64,000 nucleotides of DNA from Callorhinchus milii (lineage: Eukaryota). A model generated the notes under the pieces. That model ran no database searches, had not been told where the DNA came from, and saw nothing but the letters and a program-made list of their open reading frames with translations. The stretch spans positions 63,986,001 to 64,050,000 of the forward strand of contig NW_024704742.1 of assembly GCF_018977255.1 (NCBI RefSeq), given 5' to 3'. Shown here piece by piece: positions 40,591-51,875 of this stretch (position 1 is its first letter; every line of letters begins with the position of its first letter). Made by a program: the position numbers and the translations under genes.

Positions 40591-41087
40591 TGCATATTCC
40601 ATATTGAATGCATAGTGTCATGGCTTTGGATGAGAGGTTAAACTGAGGTCCGTTCTGCCTATCCAGATGGATGTTAAAGATCCTGAAGCACTTTTTGAAA
40701 ATAGAAGGGAGTTTCTCCCAGTGTCTTGGCCAACAATCCCCCAAATAAGGTTATCATTTACTTTGTGGCTGTTTGTGGGAGATTCCTTATGCAAATTTGG
40801 CTGCTGCATTCCCTAACAAGAGTACACTATGCTTTACAGTAAATTCTTGTGAAGCATTTCTTGGAGTCCTTCCAACAAGAAAGGTGCTATATCAAATGCA
40901 AGGATTATTATTATTTATTATAATGTCTGGTGGAGGATTTGAGAATACATCCTCTTTCCTGTGCCTCATTTCCTACATGACCCTTGTCATCGATGCTTAA
41001 TTCAATACGGTTCAGTGAGACTGCCCTCCCTCTATGACCCACAGCAACATTTTGACATTTCAGAAGATGGTGCAGGAGTCTAATAAA

Positions 41088-41640
41088 ACAACAACAACTT
41101 GTGTTTGTATAGCGCCTCTCACGCAAGGAAGCATCCTAGAGCGCTTGACAGTGGCGGGGTATGACACGGAGCTGGTGGGGGGGAGGGGGAGGTAACCGTA
41201 GGCACGGTCGAATAGTATGGTCTTCAGGGCAACCTGAAGATGGGGAAGGAGGGGGCACAACGGAAGACTAGACGAAGAGAGTTCCAGAGTTTCGGGGTGT
41301 AGTAGCTGAAAGCACAGCCCCTGATGGTGGAATGGAGGCCATGAAGGACATACAGGAGGCCGGAGCCAGTCGAACTGAGGCAGTGGGTTGTGGAATAAGC
41401 AGGTCGGAGAGGTAGGGAGGTGCCAGGGCATGAAGGGATTTGAAAACGAGTGTGAGGATCTTAAAATTGATCTGTTTGGCAATAGGGAGCCAGTGGAGCC
41501 TGGCTAGAACTTATGGAGGCATGGAGTTTAGTATGGGTGAGTATGCAGGCAGTGGAGTTTTGGATCAACTGGATCCTGTGCATGGTGGAGCTGGGGAGAC
41601 AGCAAAGAGGGCATTTGGGAAGTCGAGTCGGGAATGTTTT
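41088..41640 (-). mobile_element. L2 3' fragment (others at about 180-385, 940-1180, 8305-8727, 17665-18000, 34130-34810, 38520-38843, 54425-54695, 55410-55672, 61398-61690)
   Basis: Homology to the RLHWLP..FKIL..PPYL..RAFS..LWNS..FKS.LKT.LF region and the (TTG)n tail. Confidence 0.8.
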
Positions 41641-43392
41641 TAAAGAGATTTTAGGTTTGATAGCTGTCAGAACACATTGATTATATTCCTTAATGATTTC
41701 CTTCTTTCTTCCTTTTGAATCCTACCGTATGAGAAGCTCTTAAAGGATGATTGAAGCTGTCATGTCAAATAAAACAGATTTAAAAAAAGTTGTTTCTCTG
41801 TATCAAAGGCCTGAAACCAGATTGTAGCTGTCAGACCATTTCAAGTTAATAATAATAATATTCCTTGTATTTGACATAGCACTTTATCACATCTCAAAGT
41901 GCTTCACAGGATATACTGTAAAGTGGATTAACTGTGTAGTTGTGGACGAAAATATAATCATAAAATGTAAGATCGCTTGGAAATTGGGCAAAAATTTTAA
42001 TTTCAATCTTAATTTTGAAGCTGATCCTTTTTGAGAACCATGCAAAACTGGCTTCCAAATTAAGACTGAATTAAAGACTATCCCACAGTTTCTTTGTGAT
42101 CAGGAAGTTGTGAGTTCAAGTACCCTGTCTGGACTTTGAGTCAAGGCTACACATGCAAATAGGGTGTGCTCTTTTGTCCGAGGTGCTGTCCTTTGGATGA
42201 AACATTAAAACAAGGTCCCGTCTGCCTGTTCAGGTGGATGTTAAAGATCACATGGCTCAAAATGTGAAAGTTGTTTTCAGGTCTGGGCCAGCAATCTCTG
42301 GATGAAGTTGATGTTTGTGGCATATTGCTGTATGCATATTGGCTCCACATTTGCCTTCAAATACACAGTCGCCTCATTATACAGTAAATTCCTGTTACGT
42401 GCTTTGAGATGGTTTGACAACGTGATAAGGCTCTATATCAAATGCAAGGATTATTATTATTATATTTCCATTCTAACTCTGACTTAAACGTTCAAAGGTG
42501 AAAGCTCATCTTTATATCTGAGGAACAGCATGCATTAGGAACATACTTTTGTTCCATTCTCTGTTTAATAGAAATCACGTTGTTTTTCGAGTGATGGAAT
42601 TCATTACGAAATCCACAGATAGCCAAGTAAATGAAGTGGAAAGAAGCAAATAGATACTTTATGGAGTGAATTGTATGAAATGCTGGCATTTTATTTCATT
42701 TTATTACCAATTAAGCCCTGCTTTCCTTATTTACATTCTGATCAAAACACGTGTTGGTTGGATTAGAAGCTAGAACTCCAGTAAATCAGTTTCCACCACA
42801 CTGGGTATGACAGCTTGTTCCATTTAGCCAGCCATTGCGAGGTATCTGAATACATTCACTATTTGTTTGCCTCCTTGGCAGAGCCAGTCGTTAGTCTCAG
42901 GTTATTTACAGATCCATGACAGAAGGAGCAAGGCAGTTTGTGGCATTTAACCAGCATGTCCTTAAAGTCTGCCCTGCTCCCTGAAGCTAGCTAATGTTCC
43001 ATTTGTACTGTGATTCAGGCAGATGTCAATAGTTTCCCATGCTGTTATTTCAAAGCATGCAACAACCGTGCATTTATACATTAAAATTCAATCAAAGCTC
43101 TTGACAAATGCAATGGTGGACATCACGCAGCAAAGCAAGGGATTTTAAGATGATGACTGAAAGGCTATGGTTAAAGAGATGTGTTTGTTTTTAAAATAGT
43201 TTTCTACAAGTAGTTTTGGAAAGGAGGAACGGTGGCTGATAGCTTGGCCGCATTAAAAGAGAAAAGGGAATGGGGAGTGAGAAAAAAGTTAAAGACTTCC
43301 CTGCCCCTCGGTTTCTACTCCCAGGAGTAGAAAGGAGCCCATCCAAACCAATCTTGTGATCTTTGGAGTGCAAGCTGCTGCCTTTCAGTTGT

Positions 43393-43900
43393 GAATAATA
43401 ATAATCTTTGCATTTGATATAGAGCCTAAAACATCAGAACATCTCAAAGGGTTTTCGGAATAGTGAGTATGAATTTGCTTACAAATACACTGTCACTACA
43501 CTTCACAGAAACATCAGGAGGCACCTTGAGAGGTTCTTGATGTTATAAGTGCTATTTCAAACTCAGAGATTAATGTACTATCTTAGGAAATCATGACATT
43601 TTGTAAAACATCAAGTTTCCACAAACAAATATAAAATATGAAATTATCTGGGAGATTGTTGGCCAGTACACTGGGAGAAACTCCCTTTTGTTTTGAATAA
43701 TGCCTTGCAAACTTTAATACCCGCCTGAACAGGCAGACAGTTTAATGTCTCATCCAAGGACGACAAATCGAATAGTGCAGTATTTCCCCCAAGCACTGCA
43801 CTGAAGCATCAGCTTGGTCTGTGAGCACAAGCCCCAATTTGGGGCTGAACTCACAACCTTTGGTCCCAGAGGCAGGAATATTACTAACTGAGGCATACTA
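43393..43900 (-). mobile_element. Deu-domain SINE copy (others at about 33370-33670, 36820-37127, 40620-40920, 42100-42465, 46258-46555, 60286-60570)
   Basis: Homology to 58881-59312. Confidence 0.72.
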
Positions 43901-44194
43901 CCATCTATACCTTCTTGCAACATTTAGTTTCTGAATTTGAATGACTTGTGCATCCAAATGTCTCTTTAAATACGACCCTTAATTTATACTCCTGAACTCT
44001 TTCCTGCCCTCAAGGCTGACAACGACCTACAAAGAGTTGAAAATCAGGGCTGGAATTCTGATTGCCAGGACTTGCACTTTGATCTTCAATGCCAGATGAT
44101 GAAACTTCAGTTTGAACAATTGTCCAACCTTTCCTTCCATTAAGCTGTACTGTGTCTTGAGGCGCTCTTTTATTTGTGAGTGGGATGGAATGGC

Positions 44195-44212
44195 TGCCAG
44201 CAAATGGCGCTG
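44195..44212 (+). promoter_or_regulatory. Weaker CTCF-like motif
   Basis: TGCCAGCAAATGGCGCTG has one core mismatch to CCAGCAGATGGCGC. Confidence 0.35.
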
Positions 44213-47200
44213 TATCAGCTGTATTAACAGGATCAAGTATAAGCCCCTCATTATTCACCAATGTAGGATCAGATTAATGCCCCTCTGAAATGAGCATGAT
44301 CTGGCTGCAAGGTTTTTTGCGTACAATTATAAGGATCACTTCCCAATTCTGCTGCCAGAATGATCTATGTGGCCAACTCAATCTATCTTGTCATGAAGAG
44401 TAAATCTGTCTTCCCTGTCTAATGTGCAAATGCTACTGATGCCTGAAAATTCTCCTTGGTCAAACACCCAGTGCTGAGAGCACCTCTATGGAGTTCTGTA
44501 GCTTCGTGGTTAGAACGCTTGCCTCGCAAGGATTATTATTATTATTATTATTATCATTTAGCCCAGCTCTGACTAGCAGAGAACATGATTAGCAGAGAAA
44601 CTGGTTGCGCTGATTGCTGCCACAAGGGTAAGCTTAAGCCTTGAGTTGATGTGCTTGTCTGTAAGTGACCTTATGCTTGCTGGTTGATCATCGTCCCTTT
44701 GTTGATAGAGTCATTAATTTGTATATGTTTGCACATGATTGTTTCAGTTGGAAATGACCCATTTGTTTTCAGCCTTTCAAGAACACTCACCTGCCATCCT
44801 CCCATCACAGGATGAAGTTTTTTTATATGAGTTCAGCATCCTAACCTCAACCTCCTGGCAACTGGTTCCAGTCATTAAGAAAAAACATCCTGATGTATAT
44901 CCTGAAATTGCTCTTTGCAACTCGAAATTTGTGTCCTCTTGCTCTACTGTCTTAGTGTATCTGAAGTTTGGGTCTTTTCTGTGTTGTGATTCAGGTGGAG
45001 CTGAATAAAGCGACCCCCCCCTGCCCCCACCACAGCTATCAAGGGGACATGAAGCTATTCTGGTATATTCCTTCCTCATCCAAATTCACTCTAATTTCAA
45101 ATGCATTAGCTACTCATCACACTGTTGTGTGTATGACATTCCTGGACACAAATTACCATTTGCCTCTGTAACACCATTCATTTAATTTCTAATTGAATAA
45201 AGTGTTTCAGTACAAATTACACTTATAGAGCCTTTCACATCAGGAGGAAATGCCAACATGCTTTACAATTCTGGTTGGGTACCAGAACTGAGAGTAGGTG
45301 TTGGTGGGGGTGACGGAGGGGCAGATGACCCAAAGAGATATGTTTTGAGATGGATGTTGAAAGAGGGAAGAGGGCAAATCTGTGGGACCTTGAAATAAAG
45401 TTCCAGAGTACAGGCAGCAAGTGTCTGAAAGCCCATTCGTTAATGGTGGATAGAGTGAGGGATATGAAGTAGGCCAGTGTCGGATGCCTGATGCATGCGA
45501 AAACCCATCACTATGCTTACGAGGAGCCAAACCAAACCAAATTGCAACAACAACAGCAACTTGCAACTTCCAAAACAAAACATAGCATTATTATATTTGA
45601 TATCATATTGCCATCCTGCCAGCTGCAAACAATTCAGAAATTGGCAGACAATTCAGCTCAGGCTGTTCCCAATTCCATAAAGAATTCCCTCAAATTGCGT
45701 TTATTTTTTGGTCAGTTGCTTGTCTGACACTTGCAGAAACCCATCAGCCTGCCCAAAGTATTCAAACTAAGCTGAAAGTTCCATGAATCCTATGTACACA
45801 TGAAAATTTCTGTGTCTGGAACGGAATGCAGACACTCCCTCCAGAGGTCACATCCCACTTACCTAATTCCGGAGAGTACTAGATGCAGGTTGGCAAGAGC
45901 CTTATGTTCTTATGGGATACAATATATAGTTTGGGACATGACATGTCATGCGACTTTAAGGTCTGGATGGACCTTGGTCGTCTAAATTCTTATGTTCTTA
46001 AGAGCCAAGGATCCCAGGGTGTTTGTTAGGGTACTGCTGAAGTTTAACCTGCTAAAAACACATTGTTTGCCATTGAAAGCACTGTCTGGTAAACTTTCCT
46101 GTTGCTTGTCCAGCTAGGGCTACCGGTGAGGGCTTTGGCTTGCAATATTAACAGGAGCTGAGTGGGATGACTCCCTGCCTCCAGTGACTAGTCTGCTTTC
46201 CAAGTCCTGCCAATTAGCCAGGCTGGTTGCACTGTCATCAGCAGTGCCCTGTTTGTTTGAGGTGCCGTCCTTCAATTGAATTGTTAATCGAGATCCATGT
46301 CAGGTGGACACTAAAGATCTCATGGCATTATTTGAAAAGAGAAGGGAGTTTCTTCCAGGGTCCTGGCCACCAATAATCCAGATAAATTGGTCATTCATTT
46401 CATGGTTGTTTTGGGATATTGCTGTGCAAAAATTGATTTCCACTTTTACTTACAAATACATATAGTCGCTGCATTTTATAGTATATCCTGTGAAGCTCTT
46501 TGAGTTGTCCTCCTGACATGAAATGCGCTGCACCAAATGCAAGGAATGTTATTACTCCTTGCAATTGATATAGCTCTTTATCACATCGTCAAAATATCAC
46601 AAAGCGCTTCACAGAATTTACTGCAGAGTATAGTGACTATACATTTTTTAGGCAGGATTTCCTTTTTGTCGTCTGGCATCTACATTGACAAATGCTATTA
46701 GGAATCTGAGCAAATTAGAGCCCTACTGCCTAAACACTGTATGTCCTAGCACATTCCTTATTTCCCTTTCAACCAAATCACAACTGTTATTTTTGTAAGT
46801 TGAAAAGCTAGAGCCAGTGTCATTTCCCCAGGAGCTTCAGGCACTTGCTTCTGCTTGTGACCTTTAATGGTTAGCATTACTTTTGTTGTAAAAATGATCT
46901 TGAAAAATGACAAAATATGTTGCGTCTGACATTGCCACACATCAGCCCATGACTAGGCGTTCACTTAAACGTTCTATAATCTATAATCAGCCATTGTATG
47001 TGCACAGTGCTTACAGAAGTTTAAAGGACTCACCCAGTGCGCTGGTCAGACAGACAAGATAAGTGATAATTCAGTTTGTTACCTTTAAGAAGCATCTCCC
47101 TTATGGCACAAATTCTGACTGATTTGCCTTCCAATTTGCCATTCTCAGTGTCCCAGTACTGAAGCCTAATACTGCCAGGTTTTTGATAAAAACCCTATTA

Positions 47201-49323
47201 CTACACAAAACACCAATAACTTGCGTTTATATAGTGCCCTTCAAGTTGAGTGTTGTCTGGGACAGCTTACAATAACAATCTGCATTTATATACCACCCTT
47301 TGTGTGAGTAACGCCTCGGAGAACATAACACTCCTGGCTGGGTTGGTTAGCACCTGGGCTAAATCTTCTAAGAATAATTTGCTCTGAGAGTTAATTATTT
47401 TTAAGTAGAAGTACAATCATTGGCTTTTAAATTGCTCCCCACTCTGGCCCCTCCTCCCGCACATACATAAAAATAACTCAGATATTAAAATGCTCACATC
47501 CAACGGGTAATAAATTATAAATTAATGGAGATTAAATAATTAACTATGCCTCTGGTCATCTCAAACATGTCAAGGACTTGACTCAATGTTTTATTCTATC
47601 AGTGAGTTCATTTATTTATCGTATATTATGACATTACATTTATTATCATAGCCACACTGACCACAGCCAAGACCAGCATGAAAACCAGGCCAGCTGCAAT
47701 GAATAGAAACATAACAAGGTAATTATCTGGGGAAAACAAGTTTGCAGGGCTGTTGGGAGAGAGTGGGAGAGTGGGATTGATTTACGTAGCTCTTTTCAAA
47801 GAGCCGGTACAGACACGATGGGCCGAATAGCCTCCTTCTGTGCTCTATAATTCTATGATTCTATAAGAGAGATTCTAACGGGTGCAGTTAAAATACTACA
47901 ATAACATCATGAATAATACTGCTCCAATCAAAGGTGCCAACTCTTTATAACCTAACATATTACTGATCTACCTTATGGTATCTCTAAACAGATTTCTTGG
48001 TGACAAATGTATAATTATCCAATTTCTACTATATTGAATGAGCTGAGGAATGCAAACTCTTTAGCTAATCTCCTGCTAGAATTCCTGTTGAGATCTGCAA
48101 ATTTCCACTGACCCCTGTGGATTCCCATTGACCTCTGAAATATCCGTTGACCTCTGCTCTGAAACTAGATTCCTTCACAATGCATTTCCTATGTATCAGC
48201 ATAAGATTCTTCCAGTTATAAGAAGGACCAGCAGCTCAAGACATGACATTTGCGCAACTCGGACGCCTTTTATAGAGTCTTGTTAAGAAACACTACAAAT
48301 TAGACTCTTCTCCATTTAACAAAATACAGCCACACATTATCATTAAAACATTTTGTTTGACTTTTGTTAACTCTTTCCCCTCTCCAGTGCAAATCTAAGA
48401 TGTGCAGCTAAGTAAATCTTACATTTCTACAAATGCATTTCTGAGGACTGCAAGCACATAAAAGAAAATGACTCGGAAGACTGGCAAAATGTGATTTACA
48501 GCTCTTGAAATGACTGATTTGGTAACTCACAAGGCACAATGTCAAAAGTGAATTATGGTCAACGTCACAATTGGAACGTAAATTATTCCCTGCATCCTCC
48601 TAGTTCATTCCCTCGTACCACATTTTAAAATTAATTGCGGGACTTTTAATAACAAATCTATTGAAGTAAAAAAAGTTGTGATTAATGGTGCATTATATTG
48701 CTTTGTGTACTGAGTTAGGTGCAGTTGGAAGCTATTTAAATGATACTGAGGTTACTGTTTGGGTGGCATAGTTTTTACAATTTGAATATTAACCTTATTT
48801 TAACTGTATTAAATGTATTTTTGAATCAAACACAGTTCCAGGAATTGGAAAGCTGAGTTCATTGTTGCCCTACCGGAAGATTAGAAAATAAAACTTCAGA
48901 AATATCCAAATTTTAGAACTCCAAATAACTCCAAACTCATGCTCCAAATTTAGAAGGAAAGTCAATGTTAACTCCCAGTAAATTTAATCCACTTTTAATC
49001 ATGTAATAATAATTCTTGCATTTGACATAACGCCTGTAACTTTGAAATCAAATCAAAGTGCTTCACAGATAATTACTGTTGAATTCACAAGGAAATGCAG
49101 CAGCTAATTTGCATTCAGTAGTGACCCATAAATAGCCATGAAGTAAATGAATTAGCAGCAGAGGAGAGCAACAAGGATGATTCTCAGTGTTAAGTGGTAT
49201 GAACTTTGAGCAACAACTAGATGAGCTAGGACTCTTCAAAGGAGCTGTCTCGGAGCATTATAAAGATGTATCAGATTTTTAATCGGATTGAAAAAGTATA
49301 CCAATACTCTCAGGCGCATTGAG

Positions 49324-51875
49324 ACAACAACAACAACAACAAGATTACATTTGTATAGCGCCTTTCACGTTGGTGGATGTTCAAAGGCGCTGGACAGTGT
49401 ACAGCATTTCAGACCCGAATCAGGGAGGGAGAAGGGAGGGGAAGGGAAGGGGGGTGGCCGATGGCATTGTCGAAGTGGAGGGTTTCGAGCCGGGACTTGA
49501 AGGAGGCTAAGGAGGGGACGAAGCGGAGTTACTGGGGGATGGAATTCCAGAGGTTAGGGGTAGAGTGGCTGAAGGCTCTACCGCCAATGGTGGGGTGGGT
49601 GGGTCGGGGGACGTGGAGCAGGCCAAAGCCGGCTGAGGGAGCGGACGCGTTGGTAGGGGTTAGGAGGTCGCAGAGGTAGGGTGGGGCGAGACCATTGAGG
49701 GTTTTGGAGATGAGGACCAGGATTTTGAACTGGATCCTCTGAAGGAGAGGGAGCCAATGGAGTCGGGCGAGAGTGGGGGAGATGGGGTCACGGAGTTTGG
49801 TGTGGGAGAGGACACGGGCTGCAGAGTTCTGGATTATCTGCAGCCTGTGGAGGGAGGAGTTGGGAAGGCCGACAAGCAGAGCGTTTGCATAGTCGAGCCT
49901 GGAGGTGATGAAGGCATGAACAAGAGTTTCAGCGGCCTGAGGGGTGAGGTAGTGGCGGAGTTGGGCGATGTTACGGAGGTGAGGGAAGGCAGAGTGGGTC
50001 ATGACTTGGATGTGGGGAAGAAAAGATAGTTGAGGGTCGAACAAGACACCTGGGTTCCTGACTGGCGGTGAGTTGTAGTGTGCAACCATGGAGATTGATG
50101 CTGCCAGAGCCTGAGGTGCTGAGGCGCTGGCGCGAGCCAATCAGGAGGGCCTCAGTCTTGTTCACATTCAACTGTAGGAAATTTGCCCTCATCCAGGACT
50201 TGATGTCCGACAGACAGTCTGTCAGGACAGCAGTGGTCCTGGAGTTGAGGGTGGAGGCAGAAAGATAGAGTTGGGTGTCATCCACATACATATGGAAGTT
50301 GACCCCATGTCTGCGGATGATGTCACCAAGGGGGAGCATGTAGATATTAAAGAGGAGAGGGCCAAGGACAGAGCCCTGGGGCACGCCAGACGTGACAGTG
50401 CCAGGGCTGGAGGAGAAAATGTTAGAGGCAACAAAGTGGAGGTGGTGAGAGAGATAGGATTCAATCCAGGCAAGGGCAGGTCCGCGAAGATTCAGTAAAG
50501 AGGAGAGGCGGTGTATGAGGATGGAGTGGTCGACAGTGTCGAAGGCAGCAGAGAGGTTGAGGAGGACAAGGAAGCAGAGGGAGCCTGATCACAGATATTC
50601 AGAACATCATTAGTTACTTTGACCAGAGCTGTTTCCGTGCTGTGGGCAGCGCGGAAGCCGGATTGGAGGGGTTCAAAGAGGGAAAGGCCAGAAAGAAAGG
50701 AGTGGAGCTGGGACTCGATGACACATTCCAGGACCTTGGAGAAGAATGGGAGGTTAGAGATGGGGTGCTAGCTGAAGAGAATTCGAGGAAGTCCAGCATT
50801 TCCTCACAGTTGGAGTTTGAGGAGAGGATGGGCGAGGCGTGGGAAGGTGGACAGAGGAGATAGTTTGTGGTGGAAAGGAGAAGCCTGGGATTGTCCTTTG
50901 CCTCCAAGATAACCTTGGAGTAGAAAGAGGATTTGGCGGAGGCAAGAGCGCAGCGGTAGGTCTTGATGTGGTGAAGCCAACTCTGCCGATGGACCGTTAG
51001 TTTGGATTTGGTCCAGGTGCGTTCGGCAGCTCGCACTTGTGCCTTGAGGGAACGGAGATGGCTGGTGTACCAGGGGGATTTACGGGAGTATGAGGCAGTT
51101 CAGGAGGTGAGGGGGGCAAGAGAGTCCAGAATGGAGGAGAGTGAGTTGTGGAGAAAGGAGAGTGAGGAGGGGGGATTGGTCGGGGAGGGCCAGAGTTGTA
51201 GTAGTTCAGATGACTTCAGGGCAGTAGAGAGGGAGAGGGAGGAAATTTTTTTCCATGGATAGTATGTAATGGTGGAGGGTTGGGAAGGGGGAAGGGTACT
51301 GAGGTGTTGAGGGAGATGAAGTGGTGGTCCAAAATGGCTTTGTCGATGATGGTGTTGTCCGAGACAGTGAAGCCCCAGGTGATCACCAGGTCAGGGGGTG
51401 GCCATGGTCATGGGTGGGGAGTGGATTAAGGGAAGAGAGGAGGGAGGAGAAGTCAGCAGAGGTAGAGCAGGAGGGGGTGAAGTGGAGGTTGAAGTCGCCT
51501 AAGATTAGGAGATGTTCAGAGCAGAGGGAGAGGGAAGATAGGAGGGTGGAGATATCTGAGAGGAAGGTGGGGGAAGGCTTGGGAGGACAGTAAACAAGGA
51601 GGATTTTGAAGGAAAGCCTGGAGGGGTGGTGGAGGGTAAGGTGTTCAAAGGAGGGGAAGGTTCCGGAGGAGTAAAGGGAAAGGCCGAGGGGGGACCAGGA
51701 GATGAGAACCACACCACCGCCATGGAAATTAGGCCGTGGGGTTTGGTGAAAGGTATAACCCAGAGATGTGGCCTGGACTAATGGGAAGGTGTTGCCCGGG
51801 ATGACCCAGGTTTCAGTGAGGGCGAGGATGTCAATGGTTTCCTCGACGGTGAGGTCATGGATTGTGAGGGACAGG
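49324..51875 (-). mobile_element. Older L2 LINE, from endonuclease start to 3' tail, with an internal deletion near 50775
   Basis: Minus-strand [36 protein letters not shown] and RLHWLPL. Tail reads (CAA)n on plus at 49324-49342. The sequence jumps from EEMLDFLE to PISNLPF. Confidence 0.93.

Noticed and set aside
40741..40750. Perfect CArG boxes CCAAATAAGG here and CCAAAATTGG at about 54946
   Set aside because: Both lie inside Deu-SINE copies, where such 10-mers arise readily from the consensus.
46190..46250. Hammerhead-like CTGATGA...GAAA in the unclassified repeat (minus strand)
   Set aside because: No convincing stems II, III or I, and GAAA is absent in the copy at about 22804.
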